32,000 bases of DNA, taken from assembly GCF_003945235.1 (NCBI RefSeq), contig NZ_RSDW01000001.1, positions 30,001 to 62,000 on the forward strand, in the 5' to 3' direction. The DNA comes from Edaphobacter aggregans (GTDB taxonomy: Bacteria; Acidobacteriota; Terriglobia; Terriglobales; Acidobacteriaceae). Below, in pieces: positions 25,238 through 32,000 of the stretch; position 1 is the first letter of the stretch; each line of letters begins with the position of its first letter. Both the position numbers and the translations under genes were made by a program. The notes beneath the pieces were generated by a model that worked only from the letters and a program-made list of their open reading frames with translations, was not told the DNA's origin and ran no database searches.

Positions 25238-26275
25238 TTGCCGTTGTCCGCGCCCGATTCGAATCTGCCAGGCCGCACCACCAGAACGCTGCAGCTTGCG
25301 CTCTTTGCCACATCACTGACATGGTTCGTCTCCTCCCATATCCTCGCGGGGCGGGCTGCACACGGCATCACCCGGCAGTTCAATCTGGAGCCGGGACGCC
25401 CACTTCTTTCGGCCCTTTTCCTGCTCTTCCTGCTCGCCGTAGGTTTCTCGCTGCTCAACACCATCGCCCGTCAACACGGGTCTCTTAGCGCCGTGCTTGG
25501 ACTGCCCAAGCGTCCCACTGCGCGAATCGAGTGGACACAGGGCGCCGCAATCGGATGGGGTATGGCCATCCTCGCCGTTCTTCCGCTTGCTCTCACCCGC
25601 TCTCTGCACGTCAGTCTCTGGATCGCGCCCCGAGCCTTTTGGCTTCTCCTCCTCAACCTCGCGGCCATGGCTGTCGGAACCCTCGCCGAAGAGGTCGTCT
25701 TCCGCGGCTATCCTTTCCGTCGCCTCATCGCGGCCATTGGTCCCGTCGGTGCCACTCTCATCATGTCGCTACTCTTCGGACTGGCCCACGCCTTCAACAC
25801 CGACTCCAGTTGGAGCAGCGTCCTTCTCACCATGCTCGCCGGCATCCTGCTCTCGGTCGCATGGCTCCGAACCCACGGACTTTGGCTCCCCTGGGGCATC
25901 CACTTTGCCTGGAACGCGAGCCTCGGCATTCTCTTCGGACTCCCCGTCAGCGGAGACACCAGTTTCGCGACCATCGTTCTCTCCACCACTCACGGCCCCC
26001 TCTGGCTTACCGGCGGAGACTACGGCCCTGAAGCCGCCTTCTTCACAGGCCTGGTTCTCATCGCTGGAATCATCGTCCTCATCCGCGTTACCCGCGACTA
26101 CGCATGGGACTACACCCATGCGCCCATCGTGCCCGGCGGTTATCCCATGGACGTCGCTCCACCCCCGGCCCACGCCGCAATGGAACAAGAGGCCGCCGCC
26201 CGCCCTCCAGCCCTCGTCCAAATCCTTCCCACCACCCCGCAGAGCCGGTCAGTCGACGAAGAACCAAAGCCCTAA
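25238..26275 (+). CDS. CPBP-family intramembrane glutamic endopeptidase (CAAX protease/Abi-like)
   Basis: 345-aa ORF with a TTG start (exact start uncertain; there is no early in-frame ATG). Multiple TM helices. Motifs 'EEVVFRGYPFR' (EExxxR), 'FGLAHAFN' (FxxxH) and 'HFAWN'. Pro-rich C-terminal tail. Confidence 0.85.
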   Translation: MPLSAPDSNLPGRTTRTLQLALFATSLTWFVSSHILAGRAAHGITRQFNLEPGRPLLSALFLLFLLAVGFSLLNTIARQHGSLSAVLGLPKRPTARIEWTQGAAIGWGMAILAVLPLALTRSLHVSLWIAPRAFWLLLLNLAAMAVGTLAEEVVFRGYPFRRLIAAIGPVGATLIMSLLFGLAHAFNTDSSWSSVLLTMLAGILLSVAWLRTHGLWLPWGIHFAWNASLGILFGLPVSGDTSFATIVLSTTHGPLWLTGGDYGPEAAFFTGLVLIAGIIVLIRVTRDYAWDYTHAPIVPGGYPMDVAPPPAHAAMEQEAAARPPALVQILPTTPQSRSVDEEPKP

Positions 26276-26423
26276 CCAGCCTTCAGCGCATCACTTCGTC
26301 ACAAATCTGCCAGTATTTTGTCAGCAGATTGCAATATCGTTACCGCCTCATCAAACTAAGCACTTGGTCCCCTTGTCAAAAGAGAACGGAAGGCGCAAGC
26401 TGTTGTGTATCTGAGGTGCACCC

Positions 26424-27608
26424 ATGAAACTGCGCACGCACAGATGGGCTCTCATCACCGGTTGTCTGGCCATTACCATCCCGACGGCCTGCCAGGTCTT
26501 TGTCGTTGGCGAAAAGTCCGCAACCGCCGACATCGTCACCGACTTTACCCCCACCAATCTTCCTCTTTCTACCGAGCAGCTCTCCGAACGTGGCCGCCGC
26601 GAACTCGTCCGCAACCTCGAAGCCGAACAAGGATTTGCGCATCGAGCACTCCCCATGGGCGCCGGCATCACTCTCCACGCCAACGGAGCGCTCAGCCCCA
26701 GCGCCGCCGACTACCGCAAGATGATCTTTGAGAAGGGCCAGTCTGCCGCTCCTGGCGACCGAGTCATCATCACCGCAATGACCATCAAGGGTGATCGCAT
26801 CATCTTCGACCTCAACGGCGGCCCCTACGCCAAGCACCGTTTCCTCAGTCACGTTCAGCTCAACGATAACCCTGTCGTCGCCTCGAACGGCGAGCAGCCT
26901 ACCGGAGCTCGCGTCACGCTCGTCTTCAACGGAGCCGTTCCTGAGATCTCTGCGCCCGAAGTCAAAGCCCTCCTCGATCCCGTCATTGATTTCGGCGTCA
27001 AATCCTCCGACCAGGCCTACGCCGACACCCTTCCGTCCAAGCTGAAGGAGGCCATCGCTGCACACGAAGTGCTCGTCGGCATGAACCACCGCATGGTTCT
27101 CGCAGCCCTCGGCGCGCCGGAGAGCAAGGTCCGCGAACAGCAGAGCGGCGACCCCAATGGTACCCGCTACGAAGAGTGGATCTACGGTCATGTCCCCCAG
27201 ACCGTCCGTTTTATCCGCTTCGTCGGTGACCGCGTCACTGTCGTTGAGATCGCCGCACTCGGCAAGCCCGTCGAAATCCACGATAAGCCCGAGATCCAGG
27301 ACTCCGATATCCCCGCTAACATGCGCGAAATTGCCATGGGCGACCGCAAGCCCGATGGCCCCGAAGGAACAGCCGCCCCCGCACCACCCACCCTGCGCCA
27401 ACCCGGAGAGGCCGCGCCTTCACCCAGTCAGGGCGGCCAGGGTCAGGTTCAGTTCCCAAAGGCAAAGAACAACCCCGTCGCGTCGGCCCCTACGGATCCC
27501 TCGGACACGACCGGACCTACCAGCCCTACCGCTCCCCAGACCACCCGGGGTGGTCCCCCATCGCTTGGCCAGCCAGGCGATCCGAACCAGCCTCCGCACC
27601 TCCTATAG
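26424..27608 (+). CDS. Hypothetical exported or lipoprotein with a BamE/SmpA_OmlA-like segment and a Pro/Gly/Gln-rich tail
   Basis: 394-aa ORF. N-terminus 'MKLRTHRWALITGCLAITIPTAC' is signal-like, with Cys14 or Cys23 as candidate lipidation sites. 'VLVGMNHRMVLAALGAPESKVREQ...YEEWIYGH....VRFIRFVGDRVTVVEI' resembles the BamE fold signature. The last ~90 aa are low-complexity and Pro-rich. Confidence 0.65.
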   Translation: MKLRTHRWALITGCLAITIPTACQVFVVGEKSATADIVTDFTPTNLPLSTEQLSERGRRELVRNLEAEQGFAHRALPMGAGITLHANGALSPSAADYRKMIFEKGQSAAPGDRVIITAMTIKGDRIIFDLNGGPYAKHRFLSHVQLNDNPVVASNGEQPTGARVTLVFNGAVPEISAPEVKALLDPVIDFGVKSSDQAYADTLPSKLKEAIAAHEVLVGMNHRMVLAALGAPESKVREQQSGDPNGTRYEEWIYGHVPQTVRFIRFVGDRVTVVEIAALGKPVEIHDKPEIQDSDIPANMREIAMGDRKPDGPEGTAAPAPPTLRQPGEAAPSPSQGGQGQVQFPKAKNNPVASAPTDPSDTTGPTSPTAPQTTRGGPPSLGQPGDPNQPPHLL

Positions 27609-27794
27609 TGGCTTCAGTCGTGTAAACTGGTAGGGAGCACCAACCGCAGTTCTTCTCTCCGATTACCGCCCAGGCCTGTCCCGGACGATCCACACGAGAA
27701 GTTCCGGATGTCATCGAGTCTGCGCGGCCCAAAAGCCCGCAACTCCTATCTCATCCAGCGCGCGAGCCAAACATTAGCACCAGGGAGAACAAGT

Positions 27795-27974
27795 ATGGCA
27801 AAGATTGCCAAGACCGGCGACCGTAAGAAGGTCATGGATACCAACAAGAGCACCGATTGCCCCAAGTGCTCCAAGCCCACCCGCATCGTCAAGCGCGTCA
27901 AGGACCGCGAGCGCGGAACCCCCGGCGGAGTCTACATCTCCTGCTCGACCTGCGACTTCTACGAGAAGCTCTAA
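27795..27974 (+). CDS. Small zinc-ribbon protein (59 aa)
   Basis: The ORF track lists 27708..27974. I prefer the internal ATG 27795, which has GGGAG at 27783-27787. Translation: MAKIAKTGDRKKVMDTNKSTDCPKCSKPTRIVKRVKDRERGTPGGVYISCSTCDFYEKL, with two CxxC knuckles. A strong terminator follows. Confidence 0.6.
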   Translation: MAKIAKTGDRKKVMDTNKSTDCPKCSKPTRIVKRVKDRERGTPGGVYISCSTCDFYEKL

Positions 27975-27994
27975 GCCTTCAACTCCTTACGCAA

Positions 27995-28040
27995 CGCACA
28001 CGACCAATGGCCCGGCGACGGGCTTTTGTCGTGTGCGTTT
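27995..28040 (+). terminator. Rho-independent terminator (composite hairpin)
   Basis: Inner stem GCCCG-gcga-CGGGC (28010-28023) is followed by TTTT. It is nested in a perfect 10-bp outer stem CGCACACGAC/GTCGTGTGCG (27995-28004 / 28028-28037), followed by TTT. It begins 21 nt after the stop codon. Confidence 0.65.
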
Positions 28041-28251
28041 GCCTGCGTCCGGAAGGCCAACCTGAAGCCCCCAGGTTGTATCTCACCCTTAGGTAACGAA
28101 AACGCCATGCTCCTTTCATCTAGCGGTTGTCAAGCTGTTTTGAGCGTGTTTCAGTCGAACCAAAGTTGTACAAAAAATTACTGTTGCACCGCTTGACGAT
28201 CGTCCCTTCAGAAGGGCAGACTCTACAGCGGAAAGTAGGAACTCGGCTTTT

Positions 28252-29166
28252 ATGATTACCAGCAACCCCGTAATATCCACAGTAGTATCCTCCCCCTCGC
28301 ACCTGGCCTCCCTCCCACATTTTGATCGCCCCACTTATCTGATGTGCCCACCCCAGTTTTACGACGTCAACTACGTCATAAACCCCTGGATGGCCGGCAA
28401 TCTTCACCGCCCTTCGCGCGACGCAGCTTTCGCCCAATGGAACAACCTCCACCAGCATCTGCAGCGCATCTCCGACGTCCGTCTCCTCCAGGCTCGTCCC
28501 AACCTGCCCGACATGGTCTTCGTTGCTCACTCCGCCCTCGTGCAACACGGAGTAGCCGCCGTCTCCAGCTTCGCCCATCCACAGCGTCAGGCTGAAGAGC
28601 AGTACCTCCGCCGCTGGTTCCAAACCGCTGGCTTCCTCGTCTGGGAGACCCCCCGCGAGACCGCCTTCGAGGGCGAAGGTGACGCCCTCTTCAACGCCAC
28701 CGGTGACCATCTCTGGGCAGCCCACGGCGTCCGCACCTGCCGCCAGAGCCACCGCCACGTCGCCGACGCCTGGCACACACCCGTGACGTCACTTCACCTC
28801 GTCGATCCACGCTTTTACCACCTGGATACCTGCTTCGCACCACTCAGCGGAGGCCACCTGCTCTACTTCCCGGCAGCCTTCGACGGCCCATCGCTGGCAA
28901 AGATCGAAGCTGCCTACCCAGTAGATAAGCGCATAGCCGTCACCGAGACCGAGGCCACTCACTTCGTCTGCAACCTCATCAACACAGGCAAAAACATCAT
29001 CATGGGCACCGCCGGAACTGACTTGGCCACCCGCCTCACCAAACTCGGCTACGAGGTCGCAGAACTAGACCTCAGCGAGTTCCTACGCGGCGGAGGCTCA
29101 GCCAAAGCTCTGGCCCTGCGCCTGAGCGACACCACCGTAACGAACGCCTTACCCATCAGCATGTAA
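28252..29166 (+). CDS. Guanidino-group-modifying-enzyme-fold protein (amidinotransferase/DDAH-like) lacking the expected C-terminal nucleophile Cys
   Basis: 304-aa ORF. 'YLMCPPQFYDVNYVINPWM', 'FEGEGDALF', 'FYHLDTCF' (retains His/Asp), 'FVCNLIN'. C-terminal 'EFLRGGGSAKALALRL' sits where family members, as I recall them, carry GGG..-C-. Confidence 0.72.
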   Translation: MITSNPVISTVVSSPSHLASLPHFDRPTYLMCPPQFYDVNYVINPWMAGNLHRPSRDAAFAQWNNLHQHLQRISDVRLLQARPNLPDMVFVAHSALVQHGVAAVSSFAHPQRQAEEQYLRRWFQTAGFLVWETPRETAFEGEGDALFNATGDHLWAAHGVRTCRQSHRHVADAWHTPVTSLHLVDPRFYHLDTCFAPLSGGHLLYFPAAFDGPSLAKIEAAYPVDKRIAVTETEATHFVCNLINTGKNIIMGTAGTDLATRLTKLGYEVAELDLSEFLRGGGSAKALALRLSDTTVTNALPISM

Positions 29167-29197
29167 CAAGTAAATACGGATCACCACATAAAGCAGT

Positions 29198-29228
29198 AAA
29201 GTGAGCTCCCGATCAGGGAGCTCACTTT
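29198..29228. terminator. Perfect 13-bp hairpin between convergent genes (bidirectional terminator candidate)
   Basis: AAAGTGAGCTCCC-gatca-GGGAGCTCACTTT. Both arm ends are A/T-rich. The right arm overlaps the stop and last two codons of the minus-strand MBL gene (stop at 29222-29224). Confidence 0.6.
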
Positions 29229-30160
29229 ATTGGAAAGCAATCAAGATCGTTGGCGAATACGATCGGCCCCGAAAACCGGCGCCTTATCTCGGCCTGAGTC
29301 TCATTCTCTTTCCCCAAAGTCCGCAGCATCCGATGCGACAGCACCAATTGCTTCACATGAGCATTCGCAGCGGTCGTTCCAATGACGGAAGGCGGCATAT
29401 GGAGATGCCTCTCCACCCCGGTAGCGCCCTCCGGCACGGCATTATGAGCGACAAATAAATCCGCATTCAACGCCAGCTGAGTCAGGCCCTCTCCTTCGCC
29501 GTTCGTATCTCCACTAAAGACAATCCGCTTGCCGCCAATCTCCACTCGCCAAGCCAGCGCAGGAAACGCACCATGAACGACGCTCACTGCATACAGCGCC
29601 ATATCGGCATTGCGAAACACGAGAACCGGCACTAAGGTAGCCGCAACATCATGCGGCTGCAATTTGTAGCTTCCGTCGGCGCCAGGATCCACGAGGTCGC
29701 TCAGATACCGATAAGCTCCATGCGGATCACTGAAGAGATCGCGCACAAACTCGGTGGTGGAAGGCATGAACTTGTTCCCCGAAGGGCCGTAGATCGGCAG
29801 CGGGCGATTGCGGTCTTCAAACCACGAAGAAAAGATCAAAGCAGGGAAGTCGCTGGTGTGATCGACATGAAAATGGCTGAACAGAAAAACGTCCACCTGC
29901 GACATCTGCGCTCCACTCTCCCCAAACCGAAGAGCGCTGCCGCCTCCTGCATCAACTATCACCCGCGCCTTACCGTTCTCCCATACCAGATAGCTGGTCG
30001 ACGCCCGCTTATCCTGCGACTCCGGGCCGCCTGAGCCGAGCACCTGCACCGAAACACCTACAGCGCCGCATGATTGCGCCGTTACAGGCGAAGCCTTACA
30101 CACACAGAGCAGGGACACAAAAATAAGGAGACCTTTCACCGATAGTCCCAGCGAGTCCAT
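29222..30160 (-). CDS. Secreted metallo-beta-lactamase-fold hydrolase
   Basis: 312-aa ORF. Signal peptide 'LLIFVSLLCVCKASPVTA'. Metal motif 'HFHVDHTSD' (HxHxDH). Later 'VVHG' and 'VLSHR' His ligands. Confidence 0.85.
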   Translation of the reverse strand: MDSLGLSVKGLLIFVSLLCVCKASPVTAQSCGAVGVSVQVLGSGGPESQDKRASTSYLVWENGKARVIVDAGGGSALRFGESGAQMSQVDVFLFSHFHVDHTSDFPALIFSSWFEDRNRPLPIYGPSGNKFMPSTTEFVRDLFSDPHGAYRYLSDLVDPGADGSYKLQPHDVAATLVPVLVFRNADMALYAVSVVHGAFPALAWRVEIGGKRIVFSGDTNGEGEGLTQLALNADLFVAHNAVPEGATGVERHLHMPPSVIGTTAANAHVKQLVLSHRMLRTLGKENETQAEIRRRFSGPIVFANDLDCFPIK

Positions 30161-30264
30161 ATCAGAATCTCAAGCACCATTCGTCTGTCCGAACTTTACC
30201 CGCAGCCTTCTCGTGAGCCGGTCTAGATTTCTCGGATGGGTTCCGATCCCAGTAAGCCATTACA

Positions 30265-30942
30265 TCAGCTCGGTCCTTCGTCATACGCATACCAGCGCCC
30301 ATCAAGCTTCTGGAATGAATAACCTTCCTCTCTCGTATCTGGGTCGTACCGTCGCTCGTCCTTTTCCTTATTCAACATGCAAGGGTAATAGCGATTGGCA
30401 TTAGGAGGGGCCGTTGAAGCGCAGTATACATAGCCGCTTGCGTGGCCTCGATTGAGCAGGCCGACTGAGTCCACCATGATGAACGCATCGCGCGAAGCAT
30501 TACGCTGAATGCCAAGCTTTATTCCGTTCCGACTATAGATCCTGCGATATGCGCCCCAGCGTGACTCTGGCAGTCCCGCTTTTGGATCGTTCTTCATATA
30601 GCGTTCAAAATCGTTTGGGCCATCCGGAGTGCGGTCTAAAAAGTCAGGGGCAATGCGGGAGAACTTCGCATCCTCGTCGGACATGCGCAGAATTGTTTCG
30701 AGATCACCACGCTTCGATGCGAACTCTCGTTGCAGTTCTCCTAACGTAGGTGGCTCTTTTCCGAAGGTGAACCACATAAAAACGCCGAATGCCAAGATCA
30801 GCCAGATAGGGATACTCACAACCCCGGTGCCGATACGAATGTTGCGACGACGAGGCTGCTGTCGCGTCGTAAAGCTCAAAACGAGTCCAGTCACAAGAAT
30901 CAAGAGATAGGCAAGAATTAGAACAGCTGGCCAAGTAATCAC
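30265..30942 (-). CDS. Hypothetical membrane-anchored protein (2 N-terminal TM plus soluble domain)
   Basis: 225-aa ORF. TM helices 'WPAVLILAYLLILVTGLVLSF' and 'VVSIPIWLILAFGVFMWFTF'. C-terminal ~150-aa charged domain with no motif I recognise. Lines counted are 53-55% G+C, slightly below the neighbours. Confidence 0.6.
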   Translation of the reverse strand: MITWPAVLILAYLLILVTGLVLSFTTRQQPRRRNIRIGTGVVSIPIWLILAFGVFMWFTFGKEPPTLGELQREFASKRGDLETILRMSDEDAKFSRIAPDFLDRTPDGPNDFERYMKNDPKAGLPESRWGAYRRIYSRNGIKLGIQRNASRDAFIMVDSVGLLNRGHASGYVYCASTAPPNANRYYPCMLNKEKDERRYDPDTREEGYSFQKLDGRWYAYDEGPS

Positions 30943-31039
30943 TGTGAGAATATTACTGCGGCAATCAGACAGTTAGGGCGTGACGGATTTAGATTGACTC
31001 GAAAGTTTCTGCAACGAGTCATCTCCGCGCCCATCCGCG

Positions 31040-31813
31040 TTAATCGGTGGTCGCTACAACCCGCCCTATCTCTTTAAGAATCGCCCGCGCCGCAGCCCCC
31101 GGATCTGCCGCCTTCGTAATCGGCCGTCCCACCACCAGCATCGAAGCCCCCCGTGCAATCGCCACCTCGGGCGTAGCCACCCGCCGCTGATCCCCTATGT
31201 CGCTCCCCACAGGACGAATCCCAGGAACCACCAGCATCGTCTCCGGCCCCATCACCTTCCGCAGAGCCTCCACCTCGCCAGCTGAGCACACCATCCCATC
31301 AATCCCAGCCGCCTTAGCCAGCCGAGCCAACAGAAGCACCTGATTGCCAGGAGAAGCCGCAACCCCCACCCCCGCCAACTCCTCAGCATCCATGCTCGTC
31401 AGCACCGTAACCGCCAGCAGCCTCGGGCCACCCGGCACATTCGCCGCCTCAGCCGCAGCCCGCATCATGGCCGCCCCACCCCCGGCATGAACCGTAAGCA
31501 ATCCAGCCCCCGCCCGCGTCACCGAACGCACCGCCCCGGCAACCGTATTCGGAATATCGTGCAGCTTTAAATCCAGAAAGACGCTGTACCCCCGCCCCCG
31601 CAAAGCCTCCACCAGCCCATTGCCAGCCGCGTAGTACAGCTCCATCCCAACCTTCAGCCACTGGCAGGCCCCCTCGAGCCGATCCACCAACTTAAGCGCC
31701 TCAGCCGCAGAAGGGAAGTCCAAAGCCACAGTAAGCCGGTCCTTCGCCTCCTGAGCCCCAGGCGGACTCACCAGATCGCTGCTCAAGCCATCATGCAGAA
31801 CACTTTTTGTCAT
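31040..31813 (-). CDS. pyrF: Orotidine 5'-phosphate decarboxylase
   Basis: 257-aa ORF. 'LTVALDF', 'WLKVGMELY', 'VFLDLKLHDIPNTV' (catalytic DxKxxD region) and C-terminal 'MLVVGRPI' are classic PyrF motifs. Confidence 0.93.
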   Translation of the reverse strand: MTKSVLHDGLSSDLVSPPGAQEAKDRLTVALDFPSAAEALKLVDRLEGACQWLKVGMELYYAAGNGLVEALRGRGYSVFLDLKLHDIPNTVAGAVRSVTRAGAGLLTVHAGGGAAMMRAAAEAANVPGGPRLLAVTVLTSMDAEELAGVGVAASPGNQVLLLARLAKAAGIDGMVCSAGEVEALRKVMGPETMLVVPGIRPVGSDIGDQRRVATPEVAIARGASMLVVGRPITKAADPGAAARAILKEIGRVVATTD

Positions 31814-32000
31814 CGTCTCACCCCAATCAGTCTAGAGCAGGTCACTGATGCCAGAGTCTGGAAAAGTAAAGTCTTTCTGAGGCCACCCCAGCTTCAGAAA
31901 AAACCTGTCAAGCCCTCACCGGGCTATCTGGCTGATTCAAAATAACATCGCAGTGCCCGAATAATTCCACCCGATTCGTTAGAATAGAAATAGCAACGAA

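Noticed and set aside
26300-26330. Inverted repeat AATCTGC-N13-GCAGATT between the CPBP protease gene and the exported-protein gene.
   Set aside because: It has only a 7-bp stem with a 13-nt loop and no U-tract, so it is weak as a terminator or operator.
26376-27401. 341-aa minus-strand ORF antisense to the exported-protein gene. Other long antisense or off-frame ORFs behave the same way (10390-11601 +, 3950-4957 -, 2109-2918 -, 7103-7786 -, 1251-1835 -).
   Set aside because: They are Gly/Asp/Val- or Arg/Ser-rich low-complexity translations with no motifs. Each lies fully inside a gene that has strong family signatures on the other strand or frame.
28041-28251. Possible guanidine or other riboswitch in the 211-nt leader of the amidinotransferase-like gene, including the perfect 10-bp palindrome GACGATCGTC at 28195-28204.
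   Set aside because: I could not find the conserved ykkC or mini-ykkC (ACGR-loop hairpin pair) features. The palindrome cannot form an RNA hairpin because it has no loop, and it is short enough to be chance. It is left as an untested operator possibility only.
1-32000. Scanned for CRISPR arrays, tRNA/rRNA genes, transposases or integrases, toxin-antitoxin pairs and defence-system hallmarks.
   Set aside because: I could recognise no regularly spaced repeats, cloverleaf-capable intergenic segments, or DDE, tyrosine-recombinase, nuclease or STAND-ATPase signatures. The window reads as core chromosome.

Overview
This is a 32-kb, gene-dense chromosomal segment, about 60-65% G+C in the housekeeping-gene lines I counted by hand. 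I recognise no rRNA, tRNA, CRISPR array, transposase or integrase. The gene content (hopanoid operon, PDZ-type sensor kinase with a sigma-54 activator, DUF885, CPBP protease) suggests an Acidobacteriota/Terriglobia-like genome; that is inference only, since no searches were possible. Housekeeping anchors are recN, ispH, dnaE, accA and pyrF.

The most interesting locus is a tightly packed seven-gene plus-strand operon at 2232-9823: ispH, shc, hpnH, orf148, hpnA, hpnG and a Zn-dependent MDR dehydrogenase. Two members have no assigned role in hopanoid biosynthesis:
- A 148-aa domain-less protein lies between hpnH and hpnA.
- A zinc alcohol-dehydrogenase-family enzyme starts 4 nt after hpnG. It is a candidate for the unassigned ribosylhopane-to-bacteriohopanetetrol reduction.

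Other points worth a second look:
- A 50-codon Cys/His-rich ORF at 1915-2067 is missing from the ORF track and looks like an SmtA/BmtA-type metallothionein.
- A 991-aa sensor kinase carries an extracytoplasmic PDZ domain and about nine further TM helices. It is translationally coupled to a sigma-54 activator with a GAFTSA loop variant.
- Two divergent -24/-12-like elements lie in the neighbouring intergenic region.
- An 87-bp dyad of 10-bp-phased TCCG(C/T)G hexamers surrounds an AT-rich ATTTAAAT core immediately after dnaE.
- A guanidino-group-modifying-enzyme-fold protein has Ala where the family's nucleophilic Cys is expected.

All functional calls rest on motif recognition from the translations, not on database hits.
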